Below are positions 17,699 to 26,077 of a stretch of 35,114 bases of DNA, in pieces. Each line of letters begins with the position of its first letter. Position 1 is the stretch's first letter. Position numbers and translations under genes: made by a program. Below the pieces are notes generated by a model. The model did no database searches. It was not told the origin of the DNA and saw nothing but the letters and a program-made list of their open reading frames with translations. This DNA is from Candidatus Omnitrophota bacterium (GTDB lineage Bacteria > Omnitrophota > Gorgyraeia > 2-01-FULL-45-10): contig JAQUQN010000004.1 in NCBI GenBank assembly GCA_028716065.1, positions 1 to 35,114 of the forward strand, given 5' to 3'.

Positions 17699-17728
17699 TT
17701 GGAGATTTGGCGTAAGACGAGGTATAAT
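17699..17728 (+). promoter_or_regulatory. putative promoter (TTGGAG-18 nt-TATAAT)
   Basis: Perfect -10 at 17723-17728 upstream of SD AAGGAG. The -35 lies mostly in the 17-bp direct repeat. Confidence 0.45.
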
Positions 17729-17745
17729 CCTGGTAAAACAAGGAG

Positions 17746-18933
17746 ATGGATATGAAGAATATGAGATGGAACGTGTTGTCGAGGGCGGTGGCGGTGCCGT
17801 TATGTTTCTCTTTTTTGCTTACCGGCTGCGCGTCCTTTCCGGTCCAGACCGGAGCCAAATACGCCAAGGACCTCTACAGGCGTATCCCTTATAAGGTAGA
17901 GGGTCAGTACAGGGTGATAAATGTCTTTTACGCGACCGACAGGGTAGTAGAGGAGAAGAAAGATTCCTCATTATCCTTTAAGCATAAAATGGCCAAGGGC
18001 ATGACATACGGCGACCTGACCGTCAAGATAGACCCCAGCATAAAGATAGGAAAGATGCTTCCGCGCAGGTTAAAGATGAAGGGCGAGATAGGCATCCAGG
18101 AGATAGCGAGGTTGAATGACGACGTATTCATTAAGCAGTTGACCGACGCCGTCGCCGCCTCTCCGCATAACTCATTGCTCGTGATGGTATTCGGCTACAA
18201 GGACGATTTCGAGGCCACAGCCATAAAGGCGGCGTATTTCTCGTATCTTCTGGACGTCAACACACCGGTTCTCTTGTTCGATTGGCCCGGCGACCAGCCG
18301 TTCGCCATCGCAGGTTATTTCACGGCGCAGTCTTGCGCCAAGGAATCGGGGCCATATTTAGGCGAGCTATTGACGACGATAATACGTAAAGTGAAGCCGG
18401 AAAAGCTATGGGTAAAGGCATCGAGCCTAGGATGCCAGGTGGTCTGCGACGCTTTCGACCACATGTATAAATATGATGACCTTTCGGACGCGGACATGGA
18501 AATAGACCACGTTATCCTTGCCGCGCCGGATGTTGGACAGAATGAATTTGATAACCAGTTCAAGGATGAGCTGGCCGCGCTTTCGAAAAAACTCACGACC
18601 TACGTATCCTCCAATGATACGGCTCTATTGATGAGCGGGATGTTGAACCAGGAGAAGCGGCTTGGCAGGCAAAAGGAGGTCCCCCACGAACAGTTTGACG
18701 AGGCAAAGGACCTGCTCTATCTTAAGTCGCTCCATCCCGACAGGATCACCGTCATAGATGTGACGCCCATCAACGTGGCGTCTTACAAGCACGGTTATTA
18801 TCTGGAGTGCCCGGAATTTTATGACGACTTTTACATGCGTATCTTCGATAAAGACCCGAACGTGAATAGACGTCTATATCTTCTCACGTTCAAGGATAAG
18901 GTAGATTATTGGGTGCTGCAGAACGACAAGTGA
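17746..18933 (+). CDS. DUF900-type alpha/beta hydrolase lipoprotein (likely start 17752)
   Basis: Lipobox LTGC, NVFYATDR, FDWPG, nucleophile elbow ASSLG, ILAAPDV, YVSSND.AL, KHGYY. Confidence 0.85.
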   Translation: MDMKNMRWNVLSRAVAVPLCFSFLLTGCASFPVQTGAKYAKDLYRRIPYKVEGQYRVINVFYATDRVVEEKKDSSLSFKHKMAKGMTYGDLTVKIDPSIKIGKMLPRRLKMKGEIGIQEIARLNDDVFIKQLTDAVAASPHNSLLVMVFGYKDDFEATAIKAAYFSYLLDVNTPVLLFDWPGDQPFAIAGYFTAQSCAKESGPYLGELLTTIIRKVKPEKLWVKASSLGCQVVCDAFDHMYKYDDLSDADMEIDHVILAAPDVGQNEFDNQFKDELAALSKKLTTYVSSNDTALLMSGMLNQEKRLGRQKEVPHEQFDEAKDLLYLKSLHPDRITVIDVTPINVASYKHGYYLECPEFYDDFYMRIFDKDPNVNRRLYLLTFKDKVDYWVLQNDK

Positions 18934-19691
18934 AGCATCTTTTATTAACCTTATTAGCGTTGACATGCGTGGCTGTTGCGCCTGGCGAGACAGAAATAAA
19001 AACGCATCCGGCGCGGTTACCCGTCGGTGAAGTATTGGTTTATAAAGTGACGTGGCTGGGCATACCCGTAGGCACGGCGAAGGCATCCGTAAAGGGAATA
19101 AAGAAGATAAACGGACGCGATGCCTATGAGCTGGAGATCGAGGCCAGGACCAACGAATTTTGTTCCCGCATATACAGGATCGAGGACCGCTACATATCTT
19201 ACATGGATGTTAACGAACTCTACACGCTGCGCCACGAAGTTTACCGCCGTGACGGCCGCTACAGGAAGGACGCCGTCACGGATTTTGACCAGATAAACCA
19301 CAAGGCCTATTTTCAGAACTTCCTCGATAAATCGAAAAAGGTGTTGGATATCCCGCCCGGAGTGCAGGACCCGGTCAGCATGATCTATTACTTCAGGATG
19401 GTCCCGCTCAAGATAGGCGAGATGAAAGAATATAACGTTTATAATAACGAATCCACGTACCAGATTTACGGCGTGGCGGACCGCTTGGGCATGATAAAGG
19501 TGCCGCATCTGGGCATGAGGAAGGTCTTTCATCTGCAGCCGTACGCGAAACTTAAAGGCGAGGAAGTAAAGAGAGGCAGGGCGAGCGCCTATTTCAGCTG
19601 CGATGAGGACAGGATACCTTTAATAGGCATCGTCAAGGGGCCCGTATTTACTCAGGTCGTAGGTTATTTGGAAAAAGGGGATCCTTCTTAA
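18930..19691 (+). CDS. DUF3108 domain exported protein
   Basis: GTG start overlaps the upstream TGA (GTGA). Motifs GEVLVYKVTWLGIPVGTA, QDPVSMIYYFR, DEDRIPL. Confidence 0.8.
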   Translation: MKHLLLTLLALTCVAVAPGETEIKTHPARLPVGEVLVYKVTWLGIPVGTAKASVKGIKKINGRDAYELEIEARTNEFCSRIYRIEDRYISYMDVNELYTLRHEVYRRDGRYRKDAVTDFDQINHKAYFQNFLDKSKKVLDIPPGVQDPVSMIYYFRMVPLKIGEMKEYNVYNNESTYQIYGVADRLGMIKVPHLGMRKVFHLQPYAKLKGEEVKRGRASAYFSCDEDRIPLIGIVKGPVFTQVVGYLEKGDPS

Positions 19692-19726
19692 TTATAAGAA
19701 TATAGGATATCTTATTAGAAGTCAAA

Positions 19727-19756
19727 TAGTAGGGCACCCTTAAGGGTGCCCTACTA
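19727..19756. repeat. 30-bp perfect palindrome, GTAG-type REP-like element (copy B)
   Basis: TAGTAGGGCACCCTT|AAGGGTGCCCTACTA is its own reverse complement. Confidence 0.8.
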
Positions 19757-19796
19757 CTGTGGATAAGCAAATCGTCATTCAGCGTCAGGCCGCGAT

Positions 19797-19824
19797 TTGC
19801 TTTTTTTTATTTATAAGGTATACT
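19797..19824 (+). promoter_or_regulatory. putative promoter for the sugar uptake genes
   Basis: TTGCTT-16 nt-TATACT, then SD GAGGAGG and ATG 19849. Confidence 0.45.
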
Positions 19825-19848
19825 TTAGGTCAAAAGAGGAGGAAAACT

Positions 19849-21300
19849 ATGGGGCCAAAGGCCGAGAACGCGGCGGATAGCCGTATTAAGGTATCCATTT
19901 ATACGATAGCATTTATCGCTGCTTTGGCTGGATTACTCTTTGGGTATGATACCGGTGTGATATCCGGCGCGATACTTTTCATAAAGGACCAGTTCAAGCT
20001 TACCGCAGGCGCTCAGGAAGGCGTGGTCAGTTCCGTCCTCTTGGGAGCGGTCATCGGAGCAGCCTTCAGTGGCGGCATAGCCGACCGGTTCGGGAGGCGC
20101 CGTAGTATAATCGTTACCGCATTGTTATTTGCCGTTGGCGCGATAGGAAGCGCTTTGGCCCCTAATCTTAACATGGACATAGCTTATAGCCAGAGTAACT
20201 TTCATATCACGATACCGGCGGTTGCGGTCATAATACTCTTCCGGCTCATGATAGGCATAGCCATAGGCGTGGCTTCATATGTGGCGCCGTTGTATATCTC
20301 AGAGATCTCACCGGCAGACATAAGAGGCGGGCTCGTTTCCTTAAACCAACTGATGATAACCTGCGGTATTGTCGTGTCTTATTTGGTGGATTACATGCTC
20401 AGCATGGGGCAGCAGGAATGGCGATGGATGTTCGGTTTTGGCGCCATACCGGCCCTCATCCTTATAGTCGGAATGATATCCCTGCCGGATTCTCCGCGTT
20501 GGCTCATGAGTAAAGGGCTTGTCGAGCAGGCCCGCGGCGTCCTTTCACGCACTCATAGGAAAGAGAGCGTGGAAGAGGCGATAAACGAGATCAATAAGAC
20601 ATTGGGCCAGAAGGAATGCAGCTGGGCAGAGGTATTTGAACCCTGCCTCAGGCCGGCGCTCTTTGTGGGAATAATGCTCGCCTTCTTTCAACAGGTTACA
20701 GGTATAAATACGATAATCTATTACGCGCCTACCATATTTGAATTCGCCGGATTTGCATCACATAATGTAGCTATACTTGCCACTATCGGTGTGGGCATGG
20801 TGAACGTCCTCATGACAGTGGTCGCGATATGGCTTTTGGACAAAGTGGGCCGTAAGCCGCTATTATATGTAGGTATGGCCGGGATGGCATTGAGCCTTGG
20901 GATGCTTGGTGTGGCATTTTTCCTGCCGACATTATCCGGCGCGTTAAAATGGATCGCCGTCGGCAGCGTGCTATGTTATATAGCGTCTTTCGCCGTCAGT
21001 TTAGGCCCCATATTCTGGCTCCTGATAGCCGAGATATATCCTTTGAGGGTCCGGGGCAGGGCGATGAGTCTGGCAACAGTGGCCAATTGGGGATTCAATA
21101 TGATAGTGGCCGCCACGTTCCTTACTTTGATGGAAAAGCTCGGAAAACCGGGAGCGTTCTGGTTATACGGCGCGCTCTCCGTAGCCGGTATTATCTTTAC
21201 ATATCTATTCGTGCCGGAGACTAAGGGAAAGACGCTGGAACAGATAGAGGAACATCTGCGCAGCGGTAAAAGTTTAAGGACACTCAAGGCCCAGGCATAA
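19849..21300 (+). CDS. MFS sugar porter (SP family, GalP/XylE/GlcP-like)
   Basis: GLLFGYDTGVISGA, DRFGRR, PLYISEISP..RG.LVSLNQL, PDSPRWL, QQVTGINTIIYYAP, DKVGRKPLL, EIYPL..RG, PETKGKTLE. The SD-supported start at 19849 is preferred over 19759. Confidence 0.95.
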   Translation: MGPKAENAADSRIKVSIYTIAFIAALAGLLFGYDTGVISGAILFIKDQFKLTAGAQEGVVSSVLLGAVIGAAFSGGIADRFGRRRSIIVTALLFAVGAIGSALAPNLNMDIAYSQSNFHITIPAVAVIILFRLMIGIAIGVASYVAPLYISEISPADIRGGLVSLNQLMITCGIVVSYLVDYMLSMGQQEWRWMFGFGAIPALILIVGMISLPDSPRWLMSKGLVEQARGVLSRTHRKESVEEAINEINKTLGQKECSWAEVFEPCLRPALFVGIMLAFFQQVTGINTIIYYAPTIFEFAGFASHNVAILATIGVGMVNVLMTVVAIWLLDKVGRKPLLYVGMAGMALSLGMLGVAFFLPTLSGALKWIAVGSVLCYIASFAVSLGPIFWLLIAEIYPLRVRGRAMSLATVANWGFNMIVAATFLTLMEKLGKPGAFWLYGALSVAGIIFTYLFVPETKGKTLEQIEEHLRSGKSLRTLKAQA

Positions 21301-21309
21301 GAGGTTGCG

Positions 21310-22701
21310 ATGAGGACAGAGAATAGCATAAGGATTTTTGCCATATTTTTATCGTTGCTTCTTTTATGTTGCGCGTTCTTCGCTCCAAACGTCATGGCTG
21401 GACCAGAACTCGCGAAGAGAGAGATAGCAAAAGAAGAAACGGCATCGCCGTGGTGGATTGCGCCTACTTACAACCCTCGCAACAGCATGACGGGGGATTG
21501 GGGCGGATTCAGAGATAAGCTATCGGATGAAGGGATATTAGTAACATCAACCTATGTATGCGACGTCCTGGCCGATCCCGTAGGCGGCATGAACACCGGG
21601 ACACAGTACAATCATTCCTGGGGCGGAGATATAAACTTCGACCTTGAGAAACTTCTGAATCTCGTAGGATTGCAGTTCCATATATCCTCTCTATGGCGTT
21701 ACGGCGGGAACCTCTCCAAAAAGAATATAGGCAATGATTTTACTGTTAGCAGTATATACGGGTCCCAGGTCTTCAAATTCTACGGCCTCTATTTGGACCA
21801 GTCGTTGTTCGACGGTAAGCTTGACATACGCATCGGGCGCCAGGCCACGGGCGATGATTTCGCCGCTTCGCAGGTCTACCAGATATCACTCAATAACGCC
21901 ATAGACGGCAACCCTGTAAGTTTGCCGCAGAATTCCTTCTTTTCCGCCTATCCCACCGCCGTGTGGGGCGCGCGCATGATCATAAAGCCTTTCAAGGATT
22001 TTTATTCGCTCTCCGGTATCTATAACGCCGACGACAGGGTGGGGCGCGACGAGGCGCACGGGCTGGATTTCAGCCTGCGGTTATCGCAGGGTATATTTTA
22101 CGCGCAGGAATTCGGATACACGCCGAATAACGATAAAGATTCCCAGGGCCTCCCCGGCCATTACAAGATAGGCGCGGTCTATGACAGCGGAAACTTTTAT
22201 GATTTCTATCAGGACAGGGACGGTGGCTCATGGGTAGTGTCTGGAAAATCGCCCAGAAAGATCGCGGGGAACTACGGTTTTTATGCCCTTCAGGATCAGA
22301 TGGTCTACAGGGAGGGAGGTCCCGGCACGGATCAGGGCCTGGTAGAATTCGTGGCCATAACGTGGGCGACACCTAACATAAACAAGTGGCCCTTCTTCAT
22401 AGACGGCGGCCTCATTTATAAGGGGCTAATACCGGGCCGCGACAATGACCTGTCTTCATTCGGTTTCGCTTACGGCCACTATAGCCCGAACATCGCCCAT
22501 TCCGAGAGGGATGACCGCGATATCAACGGCATCCAGACCGATAAGCAGATATTCGAAATGATGTTCGATTTCAGCTATCGCGTCCAGGTGACTCCGTGGA
22601 TGTATGTCCAGCCCGATATACAGTATATCGTCAGACCCAAAGGCACGGGCAAGACGCCTAACGCGATGGTTATAGGTTCACGGCTGGGTATAACTTTCTA
22701 A
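21310..22701 (+). CDS. oprB: carbohydrate-selective porin, OprB family
   Basis: Signal peptide, MTGDWGGFRDKL..EG, YK.GAVYDSG, NYGFY...DQMVYRE, VQPDIQYI..P.G, C-terminal ...LGITF. Confidence 0.9.
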   Translation: MRTENSIRIFAIFLSLLLLCCAFFAPNVMAGPELAKREIAKEETASPWWIAPTYNPRNSMTGDWGGFRDKLSDEGILVTSTYVCDVLADPVGGMNTGTQYNHSWGGDINFDLEKLLNLVGLQFHISSLWRYGGNLSKKNIGNDFTVSSIYGSQVFKFYGLYLDQSLFDGKLDIRIGRQATGDDFAASQVYQISLNNAIDGNPVSLPQNSFFSAYPTAVWGARMIIKPFKDFYSLSGIYNADDRVGRDEAHGLDFSLRLSQGIFYAQEFGYTPNNDKDSQGLPGHYKIGAVYDSGNFYDFYQDRDGGSWVVSGKSPRKIAGNYGFYALQDQMVYREGGPGTDQGLVEFVAITWATPNINKWPFFIDGGLIYKGLIPGRDNDLSSFGFAYGHYSPNIAHSERDDRDINGIQTDKQIFEMMFDFSYRVQVTPWMYVQPDIQYIVRPKGTGKTPNAMVIGSRLGITF

Positions 22702-24371
22702 TCTTCAATAGCCGGCTTACTCAAATCCTTATCCATGACAACTCTCTCGTATTCCGTAAGAGCCATCATTAACCCTGCCTTTGCCCAGTTGAGCGGCGTG
22801 ATGGGCGATGGAAGGTAGTATCTCTTGCCGTCTATCACCGCCGTATTGATACTTTCCGGGGTCTGCCACGCCTTTACATTTTTACCATCAGCGGTTATCA
22901 TCTCCCCGGTTATCTGTCCGAGCGCGCGCTTCAGGTGGACCGTCGCGAAATAGATATCCTCTCTCTTCAATTTCGGGTCCTTCGTTATCTCGGCTAAGTG
23001 GAGCCTCGCCAGGACGAGGAGGCTGTCGAAGAACCACTGGGCCTCGGTGTCAGGTATGAGCTTGCTCAGCCGCCATAAAAATGCGTTTGCAGATGATGTG
23101 TCGCCGGTAAGTGAAGGTTTATCCTTTTCTTCTTCGGAGGTGTCTTTGATCCAGTAATTTCCTGACTGGTAACTGTCATTACGATAGCGGAGGATCCCCG
23201 CCGGCCGGACGAGCGTTTCGATTATGAGGAGGGCCTTTCTGGCCTCTTCTTCCGAGAGCCCCTCCAAAGGCGATGGTTGTATCAGGACGACCAATGCGAA
23301 ATCGGCAAGACGGAAATGTATATCTTCCGGGTCGTAATCAGGAGATTCGCCCCCGAGCCGCAACTGATATTTTACCTTTGCGAGGCCCCTGTCCACCAGC
23401 CGGCCCAGCATCGGTTCCGTCCACATGCTATGTATTTCGCTTTTGCCGCCGTCTTTTTTAAGAAATTCATCGAATCTATCGCGGAATAATTCCGCTTCGT
23501 CCGAGGCCTTAGAGCCATACATCACGCTTTTCCAGGCCTGTATGGAACGCGTGGCGAGAGCTATGCTGGAGGTATTCCTGCGCTGTATCTCCTCCCATGC
23601 GCCGGCGTCCTCATACTCTTCGAAACCGATACGGTAGAGAAAGAGGGGGTAGAGGCTCAATACCTTTAGACGTTTTTCCGAGAGGTCGTTCGGCCCTACC
23701 ATATTTTTTTCTATTGCCTCGGCGAGCGCCGTGAAGAATAGCCCATGCGCGTCTATTTGGCTATGGTTCCAGGTTTCGGGTTTTCCGTCTATCATGACGT
23801 CGCCCAGGTCCGGAGAGTTGGCATCGAAGCGTATGTGCGGCATCGCCATCGGATCCTTGGATAGTTTAGGGTCGGCGATGATATTCTCGAAGCGCGATAT
23901 CTGCGCGTCGGTCGCGTAATAGTCCCACAATGCAAGTAGCATTCTTCTTGCGTCTTCTCTCCGTTCCGGATCCTGGAGTAATGAATAATATATCCAGACG
24001 CTGTCTCTCACCCATATGGCGTCATAGTGGGTCTCGTCGGTTTTACCGCTGACGGCTCGCGTGGCCGCGGAGGCAAAGCCTCTCTTATTCAGCTCTATGC
24101 GCAGATGAGGAGCGAGCGTCCGACGTATCTCGCCGATCAATTGCTTATCGAGCTTTTTGGCGACCCATTCGGCTATCTTTTCATTGAAAGCTACGACGAA
24201 TTCTCCTTCGGGAGTGAGGACTTCCCTGTAAGGAGTAGTGGATGAGACATAATCCTTCACTTTTTGATAGGCGGACTGTTTTTCATTGGTTTCCGTAGCC
24301 AGAGTAGGTGACAAGCAGACTAAAAAAGCGCCAATTAACAATAAAAACGCTCCCATTATCCGTTTTGACAT
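22698..24371 (-). CDS. exported GH15-like (six-hairpin, phosphorylase-kinase-alpha/beta-related) glycoside hydrolase
   Basis: SD AGGAGG, signal peptide, YDAIWVRDS, QIDAHGLF, AGAWEE...NTSSIALA, GILRYRNDSY, PLNWA. Confidence 0.75.
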   Translation of the reverse strand: MSKRIMGAFLLLIGAFLVCLSPTLATETNEKQSAYQKVKDYVSSTTPYREVLTPEGEFVVAFNEKIAEWVAKKLDKQLIGEIRRTLAPHLRIELNKRGFASAATRAVSGKTDETHYDAIWVRDSVWIYYSLLQDPERREDARRMLLALWDYYATDAQISRFENIIADPKLSKDPMAMPHIRFDANSPDLGDVMIDGKPETWNHSQIDAHGLFFTALAEAIEKNMVGPNDLSEKRLKVLSLYPLFLYRIGFEEYEDAGAWEEIQRRNTSSIALATRSIQAWKSVMYGSKASDEAELFRDRFDEFLKKDGGKSEIHSMWTEPMLGRLVDRGLAKVKYQLRLGGESPDYDPEDIHFRLADFALVVLIQPSPLEGLSEEEARKALLIIETLVRPAGILRYRNDSYQSGNYWIKDTSEEEKDKPSLTGDTSSANAFLWRLSKLIPDTEAQWFFDSLLVLARLHLAEITKDPKLKREDIYFATVHLKRALGQITGEMITADGKNVKAWQTPESINTAVIDGKRYYLPSPITPLNWAKAGLMMALTEYERVVMDKDLSKPAIED

Positions 24372-24446
24372 TATCCAACCTCCTTTTATACCGTAAAGTA
24401 TACCCTATCATCTCCCCAAAAGCCAGAATGGGAGAAATTCCTCTAT

Positions 24447-24635
24447 AAGGTTCCCCTCTCGGGTGGGCATTTCGCGGGAACGCGTGATTTTCCCCGGCGT
24501 GGAAAATCACGCTCGGAAAAATCGCTCGCTCTCCGCCTTCGCAATCAATAAGGGATAGGTAAGGTGCTTCGGCGGATCCATGCCCGCTCGCGATTTTTAC
24601 GTCCCGCTCCATGCCGCACCCTCGGGGGACCCCTT
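24447..24635. repeat. ~190-nt nested hairpin module
   Basis: Stems GGGTG/CACCC, GGCAT/ATGCC, GCGGGA/TCCCGC, GCGTGATTTTCC/GGAAAATCACGC (12 bp), AAAAATCGC/GCGATTTTT, TCCGCC/GGCGGA. Confidence 0.7.
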
Positions 24636-24720
24636 TTCAGAAGAAAGGAAATTTCGCTTCGCGGAATTCCCTATGCGTCTTATAGGGGGAATTTTAGGGT
24701 GACACGACCGAGACTTTTGT

Positions 24721-25015
24721 CCCGTTCCCCAAGTAAGATATTTTGTGTCCGGGTAGAGAGCGGTAATACAAGATTTTTTCGCACTTTTTGTTGTAAGGCG
24801 GAACTTTTGTGGTAAGCCGGAGCGACTGTATAAAAATGCGATACATTATGGCGGTTTAGGCAATATCAATCGCATTTTTATCCACAGTCCCGTTACATGC
24901 CTAATGTAACGGGACGGCAAGCGGAGGCGGCCACAAAAGTAAACGCCTCACTTGGATAAAGTGCGAAAAAATCTTTAAGCCGCCTTTTGGCGCGGCGGAC
25001 AAAAATGATTTTACG
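24721..25015 (+). repeat. ~290-nt highly structured repeat, copy 2
   Basis: Near-identical to 17393-17684. Differences are concentrated in one 17-19 nt variable segment, the apical hairpin and the basal stem. Confidence 0.9.
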
Positions 25016-25028
25016 CCCTTATTTCTGC

Positions 25029-25056
25029 TTGTAATTACAGATTTATAGGGTATAAT
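25029..25056 (+). promoter_or_regulatory. putative promoter for the galT-exporter-GH3 operon
   Basis: TTGTAA-16 nt-TATAAT, followed by SD AAGGAG and ATG 25079. Confidence 0.55.
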
Positions 25057-25078
25057 TTTATTAAGTAAAAGGAGTATT

Positions 25079-26077
25079 ATGTCGGAATTACGGTATAATC
25101 TGATCACCCGTGATTGGGTGGTAATCTCCACCGAACGGGCGAAGCGTCCCCACGATTTCAAGAAACCATCTCAAGAAAACAAACCCAAACCCCCATATAA
25201 GAAGGATTGCCCATTCTGTATCGGCAACGAAGGCGGCCGGACGGACGAGACTTATTGCCTCGGCGACAAAAGCGCGTGGAAGACGAGGGCGGTATATAAC
25301 AAATTTCCGGCCCTTTCCCCTGAACTGGAAGAGAAGAGGTCTGTTGGGGGATTCTATAATTCCATCACCGGTTTCGGCGTCCATGAAGTGATAATAGAGA
25401 ATCCCCTCCATAACCGGTATATCCCCACCATGTCGGATGAGGAGGTCGCCAATATCTTCAGGACATACAGGGACCGTTACGTATCTATCCAGGAGATTAA
25501 AGGTATAGAGGCCATCACCATCTTCAAGAACCACGGCCCGGGAGCGGGTTGTTCGCTTGAACATCCCCATTCCCAGCTCGTAGCCACTCCCATCGTGCCT
25601 CCGGATGTCCGCGATCGCATGGAACAGGCGGCCAGGTATTTTGACATCATAGGCAGGTGCAGTTTTTGCGAAATGATGGAGCAGGAACTTGAGGCTAAGG
25701 AGAGATTGGTGCTCGAGACGGATAAATTCGTCTCTTTCGTTCCTTACGCGGCCGCGGCCCCTTTCATCATATGGGTGTTACCGCGCCGTCACATGGCTTC
25801 GTTTGACGAGATCGACGACAATGAATTGCGAGACCTTTCTATCAACATGAGGGTCACGCTCGCCAAGCTCTATTACGGCCTCGACAACCCCGATTTCAAT
25901 TTCCTCGTAAGATCGGTTCCGGTCAGGGAAAAGGGGGTCGAGTTTTTTCACTGGGGGATAAGCATCATCCCGCGCCTCAGCCAGCCCGCCGGTTTTGAGC
26001 TGGGTTCCGGAATGTACATAAACGCCTCTCTGCCGGAAGAGTGCGCGAAATTTTTAAGGCAGGTAGATTGTAAATGA
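25079..26077 (+). CDS. galT: galactose-1-phosphate uridylyltransferase (GalT/HIT-related hexose-1-P nucleotidyltransferase)
   Basis: ELRYNLITRDWVVIS.ERAKRP, CPFC, NKFPAL, HEVIIE, FKNHGPGAGCSLEHPHSQ (HxHxQ), GFELGSG. Confidence 0.92.
   Translation: MSELRYNLITRDWVVISTERAKRPHDFKKPSQENKPKPPYKKDCPFCIGNEGGRTDETYCLGDKSAWKTRAVYNKFPALSPELEEKRSVGGFYNSITGFGVHEVIIENPLHNRYIPTMSDEEVANIFRTYRDRYVSIQEIKGIEAITIFKNHGPGAGCSLEHPHSQLVATPIVPPDVRDRMEQAARYFDIIGRCSFCEMMEQELEAKERLVLETDKFVSFVPYAAAAPFIIWVLPRRHMASFDEIDDNELRDLSINMRVTLAKLYYGLDNPDFNFLVRSVPVREKGVEFFHWGISIIPRLSQPAGFELGSGMYINASLPEECAKFLRQVDCK

Larger units (their letters stand above)
17286..17702. mobile_element. 400-bp non-coding insertion (MITE-like) bounded by an exact 17-bp direct repeat
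   Basis: CCCGCTTTTTTAATTGG occurs at 17286-17302 and 17686-17702. Removing one copy plus the interior restores a compact terminator-promoter junction. Confidence 0.6.

Noticed and set aside
17152-17867. ORFs 17152-17454, 17316-17516 and 17562-17867
   Set aside because: They are translations of the terminator and palindromic repeat DNA (e.g. LPAEALAKAG from the 30-bp module), with no SD or domain support.
24390-25040. Target-site duplication around repeat copy 2
   Set aside because: The right flank CCCTTATTTCTGC has no convincing match left of the element. CCCTATCATCT is too weak.
24283-25161. ORFs 24283-24612, 24564-24815 and 24901-25161
   Set aside because: They overlap the hairpin modules and repeat copy 2, and the same peptides recur at copy 1, as expected for non-coding repeats.
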